A DNA stretch of 59,252 nt, filler included, from Actinomycetota bacterium (GTDB lineage: Bacteria; Actinomycetota; Actinomycetes; JAKEEW01): NCBI GenBank assembly GCA_046725875.1. It is 5 parts of 5 records of this genome, joined end to end, with 100 filler letters (N's around TTAATTAATTAA, not from the genome) between each part and the next. Parts side by side here need not be neighbours in the genome. Positions count along the whole stretch, not along the records: positions 1 to 20,980 come from JBKOZJ010000110.1; 4 more parts are not named here. One strand, given 5' to 3'. The notes under the pieces were generated by a model. The model was not told the origin of the DNA and did no database searches. It saw only the letters and a list, made by a program, of their open reading frames with translations. Of this stretch, positions 10,453-20,707 are shown piece by piece. The translations under genes and the position numbers were made by a program. Each line of letters starts with the position of its first letter. The first letter of the stretch is position 1.

Positions 10453-10508
10453 ATAGCGACGAGCGTCGGATGGAGATCACCAACCCGGACCCGACGCGAC
10501 AACCACGA

Positions 10509-11249
10509 TCAGGTGATGATCCGGTAGTGCGTGGTGAGCCGCCGGTCATCGTCGAGGATGTGGAAAGCCATCGCAGGGGGCAGGGAGTGGTCGAGTCCGT
10601 GGCCGCGCTCCCATGGCAGCCTAAGTGTTGAGACAACGCCCGGTGCCACGAGCAGCGGCCGTCCGGCGAAGGTCGTGGCCGCCGGTGTGTGGGCATGCCC
10701 GCACAGCACGGCGACGACCTGTAGATGGCTGGCGATGATCTCGGCGAGGCGCTGCTCGCCACGCTGCCGGATCTGGTCGATGAATGGGCTGTGCAAGGTA
10801 ACCGGCGGGTGATGGAAGCACACGAAGACTGCCGTGTCAGGGGACGTGCCTGCCAGCACCGAGTCCAGCCAGGCGAGCGTCTCGTCGGCGAGGGAGCCGT
10901 CGTCCCGGCCCGGGATGGTCGAGTCGCAGAGCACGAACATCGCGCCGGCCATCCGGCGTACGTCGTTAATCGGAGTGTCGACGCCGGGCTGCCCGAGCAG
11001 CACCTGGGCGTAGGCACGCCGCCGATCGTGGTTGCCCGGGCAGGTGAGAACCACGTGGCGCGAGGAGAGGATCTTGCGTGCCTGCTCGTACTCCTCGGGC
11101 AGGCCATGGTCGGCGATGTCGCCAGTGACCAGCACCGCGTCGGGTGGCGTTGCAAGGTCGTTGAGGTAGGACATCACCCGCTCGGCGCGCTCTGCGTTCC
11201 GATGGCTGCCGTCGAAATGCAAGTCGCTGATGTGAGCCAGGACGATCAT
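10509..11249 (-). CDS. Metallophosphoesterase (CpdA/Icc-like)
   Basis: HISDLH, VTGDIAD, PGNHD, HHPP, CGHAH; AGGAGG RBS. Confidence 0.92.
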   Translation of the reverse strand: MIVLAHISDLHFDGSHRNAERAERVMSYLNDLATPPDAVLVTGDIADHGLPEEYEQARKILSSRHVVLTCPGNHDRRRAYAQVLLGQPGVDTPINDVRRMAGAMFVLCDSTIPGRDDGSLADETLAWLDSVLAGTSPDTAVFVCFHHPPVTLHSPFIDQIRQRGEQRLAEIIASHLQVVAVLCGHAHTPAATTFAGRPLLVAPGVVSTLRLPWERGHGLDHSLPPAMAFHILDDDRRLTTHYRIIT

Positions 11250-11430
11250 TGATCACCTCCTGCTGACAGCACGCGCGATTGCCGGTCATTGCGTACGCGC
11301 CGCTCCCGTTCTTGGCTATAAGGGCAGACCACGCTTTGAGCATACGTTCCATGTTGAACACTAGATTGATAGTGTAACGAAATGTGGCCCCGGGACCGGG
11401 GCACGGGTGACATCGAGGATCGCTCAGGTG

Positions 11431-12210
11431 ATGACGAACATACGTATAGGAGTCCAGCTTCAACAACAGCATGCTGACTATTCCGAGATCAGACGCGCGG
11501 TCGCCGATGCGGAGGAGTCGGGCGTGGACATTCTGTTCAACTGGGACCACTTCTTCCCGCTCGGCGGTCCGCCCAACGGCAAGCATTTCGAGTGCTGGAC
11601 GATGCTCGGGGCGTGGGCCGAGGCGACGTCTAAGGTCGAAATCGGCGCGTTGGTCACGTGCAACAGCTACCGCAACCCCGAGCTGCTCGCTGACATGGCG
11701 CGGACTGTGGACCACATCAGCGGCGGGCGGCTAATCCTCGGTATCGGCGCCGGATGGTTCGAGAAGGACTACCGGGAGTACGGCTACGAGTTCGGCACGG
11801 CCGGCCGCCGGCTCGCGGTGCTGTCCGAGGCGTTGCCGCGCATCAAGAATCGGTGGAGCAAACTGAACCCGGCTCCCACCCGGAAGATTCCGATCCTGGT
11901 CGGCGGCGGCGGCGAGCGGAAGACGTTGCGCTATGCGGCCCAGCACGCCGACATTTGGCACGGCTTCGGCGATGCCGCCACTATCGCCCACAAGTGCGAG
12001 GTGCTCGACCGCTGGTGCGCGGAGCTTGGGCGTGACCCCGCCGAGGTCACCCGGTCGGTACAGGTTGAGCGGCCGCCGGACGAGGTGGCGGATGGTCTCA
12101 TCAAGGCCGGCGTGGGCCTGGTTGCGATCAGCGCCACCGGGCCGCGGTATGACCTCGGCCTCCTGCGCGACTGGCTCGCCTGGCGCGACGACCATCGCAC
12201 GCAGCCCTAG
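11431..12210 (+). CDS. LLM-class F420-dependent oxidoreductase
   Basis: NWDHFFP, HFECWT, LVTCNSYRNP, MARTVDHISGGR, GGGGERKTL. Confidence 0.9.
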   Translation: MTNIRIGVQLQQQHADYSEIRRAVADAEESGVDILFNWDHFFPLGGPPNGKHFECWTMLGAWAEATSKVEIGALVTCNSYRNPELLADMARTVDHISGGRLILGIGAGWFEKDYREYGYEFGTAGRRLAVLSEALPRIKNRWSKLNPAPTRKIPILVGGGGERKTLRYAAQHADIWHGFGDAATIAHKCEVLDRWCAELGRDPAEVTRSVQVERPPDEVADGLIKAGVGLVAISATGPRYDLGLLRDWLAWRDDHRTQP

Positions 12211-12297
12211 GTACCTGGTGCCGGACGACGTCCGTATGCCCGATCTTTCAATCGGGTCCGAGTTACAGAGCCTCGGTGTCGACGTCTTCAGTTCGGC

Positions 12298-12660
12298 TTA
12301 TGTGAGGCTGGTAATCGCCCCGACGACCGCCTCGGGCGCCTCGGCGGGAACGAAGTGTCCGACACCTGGTAGCACCCGACTCTGCGACCGTGGGTAGGCC
12401 AGCTCGAATCCCTCGCGGTGGTCAAGCGGTCGCATCGGATCGCTGTCGCCCCAGAGCGCGACTGTGGGGGGATCTCAACGGGCGTTGGAACCGTGGACCG
12501 GCTACGACGGGCTGCCCGAGCCCGATACCACCAATGCTGGATGCGAACGCTCCCGGGCGCGCGTAGGCCTCAGTCACGACGTCCAACTCCTCGGGCGTGA
12601 TTCGCTCGTGACCGGCCCAGTGCTCGTAGAAGTGCCCCAAGTACAGCTCAAGGCGCCGGC
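12298..12660 (-). pseudogene. Alpha/beta hydrolase (epoxide hydrolase-like) C-terminal remnant
   Basis: Pieces YLGHFYEHWAG..EAYARPGAF and VLPGVGHFVPAEAPE are in different frames; N-terminus absent. Confidence 0.65.
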
Positions 12661-12810
12661 GAAGCGCAGGCCCGCAGCAGTCGCGTCATCGCGTCCCTCC
12701 CAGGCCCGGCCCCTTCGGTGATCACGAAGGGTCGACGACTTCACCCGCCCTAACGAGGACCACTCCAGAGGCAGCAGACGAGCGATACCCCGACCCGGCG
12801 CCTCGGCCGG

Positions 12811-13971
12811 TCACGGGGTGCCTTCCCAGATCGACGTGTCGTGGACGAAGTGAACGCGCACGGGGTTGATCGACCGGAGCCGTTCGACGGAGGCGATGTA
12901 GTCATCGCGGCCGTCCTGGCCGAGCGCGGGTACGCCCGAGTCCATTTCGTCGGTGGCCCCGTTCCACTCGGTAAGCTGCTCCACAGCTTGCCCGGTGACC
13001 AGAACCGGGCCCGTGGCCGTCTCGACCACGAGGGACTGGTGGCCAGGCGTGTGTCCCGGTGTCGCGATCACCCGGAGCCCGGGAGCGACCTCGGCGTCGC
13101 CGTCCAGCAGCTCGTACGCGAGCCCGGGGACGTCGATCCACTCGGGGATGGTGTAGTCCGGCTCGTGGACCTTCGCCCACTCGGAACGCTGGACGAAGAT
13201 CGGACGCCCGGGAAACAATCCGTTCTGGCCGCCGTGATCCGCGTGCAGGTGACAATTCCCGACAGCGGTGACGTCCGCCATAGCGATTCCATGCTCGGCG
13301 AGTGCCTGGTCGAGCGGGCGGCGTCGCGGCGAGACCAGCTCCTCGACCTCAGGGTTGCCCGTCCCGATCCCGGTATCGAACAGGAAGACACCGTCCCGGT
13401 GGGTGACGGCGTGGGCGACGATCGGGAACGGCTTGCCCGGCGGCCATCGCTCGCTCGACGGCAAGGTCAGCTCGGCCAGGGCCAGCGGGAGGACCCGTGG
13501 GTCTTCGGCCGCGGACTGCCCGACCCGTTTGCGGAAGTAGACTCGCGAGAACACGTCCTCGGTCCCGCGCCCGGTCTCCTCGTAGCCGAGCGCCAGGTAC
13601 AGCCGCTGGTTCTCCTCCATCCGCTCGTGGGTGTAGAGCGTGACTGCCGAGAGTCCCAGCTCGCGGGCGCGCTGTTCGGCAAAGGCGATTAGGCCACGGC
13701 CGATTCCCTGGCGCTGTTCGATCGGCGCGACCGCGACGTTCTCCAGCTGCAGCACACCCTCGTGCGGCCGCAACACCACGACCCCGACAACCGTACCGGC
13801 CGAGTCCGCGACCCACACCTGACCGGCGGCAACCAGAGCGTGGTAGTCCCACAAGACCGGCGCGGGATGACGGCCGATTCGTGTCACATAAATGGCATAG
13901 GCGTCCCGGACGAGCCGCCCAATCTCGGCGGCTTCACCTGTGCGGGCTCGGCGGATCTCCCATGACATCAT
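12811..13971 (-). CDS. GNAT acetyltransferase fused to a metallo-beta-lactamase-fold hydrolase (AHL-lactonase-like)
   Basis: ENVAVAP..QRQGIG..LYTHERM..N..LY..LGY, then LFDTG, HLHADH, TPGHTPGH, FVHD in one ORF. Confidence 0.85.
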   Translation of the reverse strand: MMSWEIRRARTGEAAEIGRLVRDAYAIYVTRIGRHPAPVLWDYHALVAAGQVWVADSAGTVVGVVVLRPHEGVLQLENVAVAPIEQRQGIGRGLIAFAEQRARELGLSAVTLYTHERMEENQRLYLALGYEETGRGTEDVFSRVYFRKRVGQSAAEDPRVLPLALAELTLPSSERWPPGKPFPIVAHAVTHRDGVFLFDTGIGTGNPEVEELVSPRRRPLDQALAEHGIAMADVTAVGNCHLHADHGGQNGLFPGRPIFVQRSEWAKVHEPDYTIPEWIDVPGLAYELLDGDAEVAPGLRVIATPGHTPGHQSLVVETATGPVLVTGQAVEQLTEWNGATDEMDSGVPALGQDGRDDYIASVERLRSINPVRVHFVHDTSIWEGTP

Positions 13972-14184
13972 CACGCCTTCACTCCTCTGCGAGGCCGGCG
14001 AAACCACCCACGGCATGGATGGCAATCACTCCCGCTAGCTCGGCAAGCCCTCGAATCTTCGTAACATATCGATATACTATTTGTGATGATACGCTCTCTG
14101 CTCGCAAGATGAGCTCCTCGTATGTCGCGTTGACCGGCCAAGCCATGGAGGTATTTACCCGATGCAGGCGCACGGCCCAATCCC

Positions 14185-14265
14185 GTGACTGCAGTGGCGT
14201 TCATCGGCCTTGGTGCCATGGGAAGCCGGATGGCGCGGCGCCTCCTCGAGGATTCCTCGATGTAG
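14185..14265 (+). pseudogene. N-terminal remnant of a beta-hydroxyacid dehydrogenase-family gene
   Basis: VAFIGLGAMGSRMARRLL Rossmann start, then a stop after 26 codons. Confidence 0.6.
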
Positions 14266-14350
14266 GTCGACACCCGAGGGGCTGTTGGGGATTGCTTCGC
14301 ATCGGGCGTCGGGAACGCTGCCGCACGCCCGTGACTTGAGCAGGCAGTGG

Positions 14351-15280
14351 TCAGCGGTCCTTGCTGTTACTGGACTTGTTGACGAGGTAGATGCCGACGG
14401 CGACGGCGACGCCACCCAGCAGCAGCGCGAGGTGTGCCGTCTCGTCCAGGAACAGCACACCGAGCGCAGCCGCCAGCACAGGCACAGCAAAGATCCAGGT
14501 GCTCACCACCCCTGCCTTCCCACGGCGCAACAACGCGAACTGCAGCCCCAGGCCGCCCACACTCGCGCCCGCCCCGGCCCAAAGGCCCGTTACGGCCAGC
14601 GCGGGACCCCAGTCGTGATGTCCGGAGGCGGCTACCGCCAGCGCGGCGATCGGCACCAGGGCGTACCCGTTCATCACCAGGAGTAGGTCGAGGAGCGCGA
14701 TGTCCGTAGGGACCCGCTTGAACAGCACCGTGCCGACGGCCCAGGACAGAGCGCTGAGCAGCAGGAATACCACCGCGTGGACCGGCGTCCCGCCGAGGTC
14801 GAGTTCACCCGCCACCACGATCACCACGCCCAGCCAGCCCGCCGCCATGCCAGCCACCTGGACCGCAGTCAGCCGTTCGGCCAGGAATAGCCGAGCGCCG
14901 AGCGCGACCCAGAACGGCATCGTGTAGATCAGCACGGCGCCCACGCCGACCGGCGCGTCGGCCAGCCCGAGATTCTGGAACACCAGGAAGCCGACGACGT
15001 TCACCGCGCCCAGCGGCAGCCCGAACCGGTGCAGCCTAGGGTCACGCAACCGCCGCAGCCTCCGCTCCGCGACGACCACCGCCAGCAGTGAGACCAGCGC
15101 CATACCGACGCGGATCAAGGTGAACATGGCCGGGTCGGAGTACCGCAGTCCCACCTTGATCGCGACAAACGCCGTACTCCACACCAGCCACAGCGCGACC
15201 ACCAGCACGGCGGTCGCCACCAGCGGACCACCGTGTCCGGCCGGCGCCAAGCCAGCCGTGCCATCGCGGCGGCGGGCCAT
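14351..15280 (-). CDS. EamA/DMT transporter
   Basis: WSTAFVAIK, LIYTMPFW..FLAERLT, PVLAAALGVLFLDE; about 10 TM segments; start uncertain. Confidence 0.85.
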   Translation of the reverse strand: MARRRDGTAGLAPAGHGGPLVATAVLVVALWLVWSTAFVAIKVGLRYSDPAMFTLIRVGMALVSLLAVVVAERRLRRLRDPRLHRFGLPLGAVNVVGFLVFQNLGLADAPVGVGAVLIYTMPFWVALGARLFLAERLTAVQVAGMAAGWLGVVIVVAGELDLGGTPVHAVVFLLLSALSWAVGTVLFKRVPTDIALLDLLLVMNGYALVPIAALAVAASGHHDWGPALAVTGLWAGAGASVGGLGLQFALLRRGKAGVVSTWIFAVPVLAAALGVLFLDETAHLALLLGGVAVAVGIYLVNKSSNSKDR

Positions 15281-15320
15281 GTGGCGTCGCCTTCGGTGCA
15301 CTAAGGCGACTGGAACACGG

Positions 15321-15560
15321 TCACCTGCAGCCCGTCCCTGGAACGGAACCGCTGGTCGCGATCCCACGGGTCTCGACCGCCGGAGCCATCGGATCGGCCC
15401 CGGTCTCCTTGACGGATCGCGCTGCGTTCTCGAGATCGTCCACTTGTAAGGCTATCTGCACTCGCGTGTCCAGCTGGCCGCCGATCTCGATGCCGTCGAT
15501 CAGCGTGTCATGTCGCACATCAAACAGCTCCAGCGTCGCCCTTCTTGGCTTGCGCTTCGG
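15321..15560 (-). pseudogene. VOC-family remnant
   Basis: ATLELFD..IDGIEIG..IALQVDD..APAVET resembles the second half of a glyoxalase; no N-terminal half. Confidence 0.5.
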
Positions 15561-15960
15561 GTCTCGTTGGCACGCCACCCGCGCGGTGGTCGTGATCTGC
15601 GAGCCGATCATTTTCGGCGGTTGTTGGCCAACCGGGCAACAGCCATGCCTCCGGAGTGACCTCCGGTTCCGGTCGCCTGGCAAGTTCCTTAGTTAGATCA
15701 TTTGCGAAATATCCAGTGGACAGGGAATCTCCCACGTTCGTGAACTCCGACCGGTTAGCTGTGCGGGGCCCCCTTGTCACCGAACAGCCCAAGATCTGCC
15801 GTCCGGCACGAAGTAGCTCCTGACCGCACGGACGCCTTCTCCAGCAAGCACGCCGCTATCCACGCGCCCGGGGGTACCCGACTGGCAGATCGAGCAGGTG
15901 ATCGGCTCCGCCCTTGCCTTCGCCGCCGAGCCTCGCCGCTCGTTCCGTGAGCGTTGACAG

Positions 15961-16422
15961 TCAGGTCGTTGCCTCGCCAATCAGCTGCCGGATCTCGGTG
16001 GTGTGTTGCTCCACGAGATGGGGGCGACCGTGGTACTGCGCTGGCGTGTTTTGGAACAGCACGATCTGCCCGGCATCGTCACGTCGCTCCACGAGTAGCG
16101 TCTGGTGCGCGTTGGAGGTCGGATTCAGATCCGTACCTCCCCGCGGCACCATGCCGACGATGGCGCGAAGCAACGCGGCATTAGGGCCGACCTCTCGAAC
16201 GCCTCGAACCTTTGCAACATACGTCGCCGTCAGATGGTCGGCGAAGGTCGCCGCAAGGTGCTCGTAGATTTCGTGGCCAGCCACGACGCTGCCATCGAAG
16301 CCAACAAGTGTTCCGTCAGCGGCGAAGAGCGCAGCAATCTCATCCGCGCTCCGCCGGTTCCACGCATCAAGCAGGGCACTGTAGACATCGCGCACCAAGG
16401 TATCGACGGGAGCTGCCGTCAT
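15961..16422 (-). CDS. SgcJ/EcaC-family NTF2-like protein
   Basis: LLDAWN..FAADG..VGFDGS, LLRAIVGMVP, IVLFQNTPA; AGGAGG RBS. Confidence 0.88.
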   Translation of the reverse strand: MTAAPVDTLVRDVYSALLDAWNRRSADEIAALFAADGTLVGFDGSVVAGHEIYEHLAATFADHLTATYVAKVRGVREVGPNAALLRAIVGMVPRGGTDLNPTSNAHQTLLVERRDDAGQIVLFQNTPAQYHGRPHLVEQHTTEIRQLIGEATT

Positions 16423-16694
16423 CTGGTCCTCCTAGCGGCCATCCGAATCCCGAAGCACCAGGAAGGCTACTCGGGAGACACATGGATCATTGCCAAGCAG
16501 GCGTGTCTCCGCCTCAACCGCGTGAGCTGCCAACGCTCGCAGCGCGGCTTTGCCTCACGGCTTGGCGGGCTTGCGGTGATGGACATTTGGCCGTTGGCTG
16601 CGCACGGGAACAACTTCAAGGACGTCATGGAGCGGCGAGGCGACCGGTGTCAGCACCACGGAATCCGTCCGGTGCTGTCGCTCTGTGATGTTGT

Positions 16695-17555
16695 TCAGCC
16701 GGTGGGCTGATCGGCGACCTCGGCCACCAGTGACACCACCTTGTCGAGGTGACTCGGGGTGGTCAGGTGGCCCATGCCGGGGAGGATCCGCAGGTCGAGG
16801 TCCATGGTCCGACGCAGTGCCGGTGCAAGTCGCCGAGGTGGGAGGAACCGGTCATGCTCTCCCACCGCGACTATGCAGGGCCGGTCGACGCGTCGGGCCA
16901 GCAGTTCGGCTTGCAGGGGCGGCGGGGCCAGGGTTGTGTGGCAACTGGCGGCCATGAGGGTCATCCATTCCACCTCACTCTCGGGCGGGTCCTCGCCGGG
17001 GGCGACGAACAGCCGGAGCATGCGCCGGGTGTGTTCGGCTGTGGGACGCAGCAGCCAGCGGGCCGAAGCCAGCGCTAGTCTCGGGTCGACCGTGAGACGG
17101 ATGAAGCCGGCGGGCGAGATAAGCGCCCGCGCCGCGATCCGGCGTGAATTGGCGGCCAGGGCCACCGCCGCTCCCAGCGAATTGCCCACCAGCACAACCC
17201 GGTCCAAATCCGCGACCGTCAGGACCTCGTCCAGCACCCGGCCGTACCAAGCCAACCTGCCCCGCCGAGGCCGGTGCGCGTCGCTGAGCCCGGGCTGACC
17301 GGGCAGATCCACCACCGTGGTCGTCCAGCGCGCCGACAGCACCCGCAGCCACGGCAGGGCCACCGCGGCGTTGGAGCCGGTGCCAGGAACCACGACAACA
17401 CGCGGCCCTCCGCATCCCCCCGACACGAGCGCTACCCGGCCGATGCTGGTGTCCACCGTCGCGTTCGTGACTGGGAAGTCGACCCGCGCCAAAGCAGCCG
17501 AACACCACTGCCGCACGGCGAGCCGGCCGCGCGCACTCCTGTACACGGTGCGCAC
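16695..17555 (-). CDS. Alpha/beta hydrolase
   Basis: VDLPGQPGLS, GNSLG nucleophile elbow, VGEHD, GMGH; start uncertain. Confidence 0.85.
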   Translation of the reverse strand: MRTVYRSARGRLAVRQWCSAALARVDFPVTNATVDTSIGRVALVSGGCGGPRVVVVPGTGSNAAVALPWLRVLSARWTTTVVDLPGQPGLSDAHRPRRGRLAWYGRVLDEVLTVADLDRVVLVGNSLGAAVALAANSRRIAARALISPAGFIRLTVDPRLALASARWLLRPTAEHTRRMLRLFVAPGEDPPESEVEWMTLMAASCHTTLAPPPLQAELLARRVDRPCIVAVGEHDRFLPPRRLAPALRRTMDLDLRILPGMGHLTTPSHLDKVVSLVAEVADQPTG

Positions 17556-18109
17556 CGCGCCAGAATGCCCGACGGCACCGGGTCCGTCCCACCCGTCTGA
17601 CGCATTAGCGATGCCGGGCATCACAGCTCGATCCGATTCGCCGAACCGGCAACCCACCCAAACTGCCTGGACGACGCACTCGCTTGGTAGGCGTCGGCGC
17701 CGGACGGTCGCCGCAAAATGGCGCCGCCGCTGCTGCGGAGGTCTATTGCATAAAACGCCGTACGTTTCATCCGTTCGCCACGAGAGCCGTAGCGTTCGTG
17801 GCGGTACTCATTGGGGGTGACTTCCCAGGGGCGCGGACAGTCAAGGGCCGTCCCGATCCTCAAGGTTGAACCGGAGAACCGTCCAAACCTCCTGATCCAC
17901 GATCACATTGGTGCTGCGAGCTCACGCCCTCACCTGCTTATGTCTGACCGGCCGGTGCCTGCCTGGCTGCGGTCTTCAAGCGCGGTTGTCTACTTGGCCA
18001 ACACGAGCGGTCACCTGTTCGTTGGTTCTGCTGGCGAATGAGGTTGATAGGAGGTGCGAGCGATCGGCGTTCCGCGACGGGCGGCGTTCACGTGTAGTTT
18101 GCGGTCGGC

Positions 18110-18946
18110 ATGGCGGCTCCGATACTCCTAATGGTGCTCGCGGCCGCGGCCGCACACGCAAGCTGGAACGCGATCGCGAAGGCGATCCCGAGCCAATGGG
18201 CTGCGGCCGGCCTGCTGAGCGCGGCTGGCGCCGGCGCGGGCGCGGTGGGTGTGCTTGTTCTCCCCGCGCCGGACGGCGGCTCCTGGCCGTTTATCGCGGT
18301 GTCCTCGTTCCTGCAGGCGGGTTACCTGCTCCTGCTCGTGCGGGCATATAGCTACGGCCAGTTCAGCCAGGTGTACCCGCTGGCTCGGGGGTTGCCGCCG
18401 CTCCTGGTCATGCTGGGCTCGGTAGGACTGCTTGGGGAGCGGTTGACGGGTGGTCAGCTCGCCGGTGTGGTGCTCGTCTCGCTGGCTCTGAGCGGTCTCG
18501 TGTTGTCCAGCGGCCTGCCACGGTCAGGTTCGGGGCTCGGACTCGCGGCGGCCACCGGCGTGGTGATTGGCACCTACACGCTGATTGACGGCGTTGGCGT
18601 ACGGCAATCCGGTCATGCGCTGAGCTACGCCATGTGGCTTTTCCTCATCCAGGGCGTTCTGATACTCGCGGTGGCCCGGGCCACATTTGGCCGCGGCTTC
18701 GGTCCGGAGATGGCTCGGTCGGCCGCGCCCGGTGTGCTCGGCGGGTTCCTCGCGGTGGCTGCATACGCCACCGTCCTGTGGGCGCAGAGCAGGGCGCCGC
18801 TCCCGCTCGTCTCCGCTGTACGCGAAACTAGCCTGCTGTTCGCCGGCGTGATCGGAACGATGATCTTCGGTGAGCGGTTCAGCGTGACCCGGCTGATGGC
18901 CACCTCCGCCGCCGTCGCCGGAATCATCCTCGTCCAGACCGTCTGA
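18110..18946 (+). CDS. EamA/DMT transporter
   Basis: HASWNAIAK, SQVYPLARG, YTLIDGVGVR, SAVRETS. Confidence 0.9.
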   Translation: MAAPILLMVLAAAAAHASWNAIAKAIPSQWAAAGLLSAAGAGAGAVGVLVLPAPDGGSWPFIAVSSFLQAGYLLLLVRAYSYGQFSQVYPLARGLPPLLVMLGSVGLLGERLTGGQLAGVVLVSLALSGLVLSSGLPRSGSGLGLAAATGVVIGTYTLIDGVGVRQSGHALSYAMWLFLIQGVLILAVARATFGRGFGPEMARSAAPGVLGGFLAVAAYATVLWAQSRAPLPLVSAVRETSLLFAGVIGTMIFGERFSVTRLMATSAAVAGIILVQTV

Positions 18947-19009
18947 CCAGCTAGACGCTCGGCGACGCGCCAGGTCCGCTTCGCCACCCACGGCCGGTCG
19001 ACCTCCAAG

Positions 19010-19170
19010 GTGGCCGATCCAACCGGGATGAGCTTCAAGCAGATGGAGGAGGAGATCTTCGCTAAGCTGCCCCACCTCGCTGGTCGGACGCTTCATCGAT
19101 CCGACCGAGGTGGCCGCGATGGTGGTCTTTCTCGCCTCCGATCTCGCCGCGTCGACGGTGGTATCACCCA
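19010..19170 (+). pseudogene. SDR oxidoreductase C-terminal remnant
   Basis: QMEEEIF followed, in another frame, by PTSLVGRFIDPTEVAAMVVFLASDLAAST. Confidence 0.55.
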
Positions 19171-19862
19171 GCCTCCGCAGCCGCGGCAGCAAGGAGCCGG
19201 GCGAGTTCGACTGGCTTGCTGAACATAGGCCAGTGGCCCGAGTCGATGTCGACGAAGTCAAGGTGCTTGGCCTTGGCGAGCTCGGGCACGTCACCTGCGT
19301 TGATCCACTCCTGCGCCTGGGCAGGGGTGAACTCGGGGCACACGAGCACGACCGGGACGTCGAACCGTCGCTCGTCCGCAAGCCGCACGACGCCCTTGGC
19401 CACACGCTCGGGAACGGGGATAGCAGCAGACGCGATGAATCGCCTGTCCTCCGCGTCGAGGTCAGCAGAGTCTGGTCCCTCGAACGGCCCCCAGCCCGGG
19501 AAGGGCATGACGCCATCCTTCAGCTCGAAGAAGTCGGCGTAGGGCTCCCCATCGGCGGACGGGAAGCCGCCGATGAGGACGACTTTGGCCACGTGCTCGG
19601 GCCGGGCGTCGGCGGCCAGCCAAGCCAGGGTGGAGGCGGCGGAATGCCCCACCACCATAGGCTTTTCGGACGCTGAGTCCACGGCGGCGAGCACTGCTGC
19701 CACTTGGTCGTCGAGCGTGGCTGACGTGGATCGGTCACCCTGACCTGGGAGGGTGAGCGGGAGGGGGCGGTGGCCGAGTGGCTCGAGGGCGGACACGACG
19801 TCGTCCCAGGCGGATCCATCGAGCCACAGGCCAGCGATGAGCAGGATGTCCATATCAGTCAC
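19164..19862 (-). CDS. Alpha/beta hydrolase (Abhydrolase_6-like)
   Basis: LIAGLWLDGSAW, LTLPGQG, VGHSAA, IDSGHWPMFSKP. Confidence 0.9.
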   Translation of the reverse strand: MTDMDILLIAGLWLDGSAWDDVVSALEPLGHRPLPLTLPGQGDRSTSATLDDQVAAVLAAVDSASEKPMVVGHSAASTLAWLAADARPEHVAKVVLIGGFPSADGEPYADFFELKDGVMPFPGWGPFEGPDSADLDAEDRRFIASAAIPVPERVAKGVVRLADERRFDVPVVLVCPEFTPAQAQEWINAGDVPELAKAKHLDFVDIDSGHWPMFSKPVELARLLAAAAAEAG

Positions 19863-20070
19863 CTTTCTCCAGTACGGTCAGATCACGTTCGGCATAGCGC
19901 CGGTAGCTCCATTCCTCGTTGAGGACGATGCGGAGACATTCCTTGACGGGGAAGCTCTCCAGCCGGGGCCGTCCCGGCTCGGTGCGAGTCACTTCAGAGG
20001 CGAGTTGCTCGTCGGTGAGTGACGCCATGACGTGGCGAACCGTCGCCTGGCCGTTCGCGGCGGACCGTGA
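19856..20070 (-). pseudogene. DinB-family protein C-terminal remnant
   Basis: SLTDEQL..KECLRIVLNEEWSYRRYAERDL; its stop overlaps the hydrolase start; N-terminus absent. Confidence 0.55.
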
Positions 20071-20424
20071 GCCTATGCGTCGCTCAATGGGGGTCAGGAT
20101 GACGGTGCTGGTCGTACCGCACCGATGCGGTCGTATCGCGCCGCCACAGACGGGAGCCTACTGCGAGGTCTATCGAGACGGACCGGTGCAACCGCTCGCC
20201 AGCAGAATGAAGCCGAGGCCGGCCGATCAGCCCGCCGGTTGGGGTCACGTACCGCTGTCGCTGGGCTTGCCCTACCCGGATTTTCGAGGGGAGACCAACA
20301 TGGATGATCCGCTGGAACCGGTGATCCTCGGCCGGGGAGAGGAGTGCGACGCGAGGCACGCGGCGGTCGGCCAGCCACCTCGACGAGGCCTCACAGTGCG
20401 CGCACCCCGACGTGGGTTGTTCCG

Positions 20425-20630
20425 CCTGTCCGTCACGCTCTCCCGTGAACCAGTCGGCAAGCGGGCGGATGACCTCGGCGCAGTGCTCCAGGGAACATGC
20501 GCACAGAGCATCCACGTCGGTCGTGTCAAGGCAAAACGGCGGACATGCATCCGACGGTCCTCGGTGACAGTCGACCGTGCTCGGGAAATCGTCGGCGACC
20601 ATCATCCGCGAGAGCCCCAACCACAGCCCA
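20425..20630 (-). pseudogene. PhnB-like VOC remnant
   Basis: MMVADDFP..DVDAL..AEVIRPLADWFTGERDGQ; lacks the DPFGH end. Confidence 0.5.
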
Positions 20631-20707
20631 GGCGACCGCGTCACAGCCCACACGCGGTGCCGAGGCGGAAGTGCAGATCATTCGGTTGCTTAAGGAGGAT
20701 GCACGCC

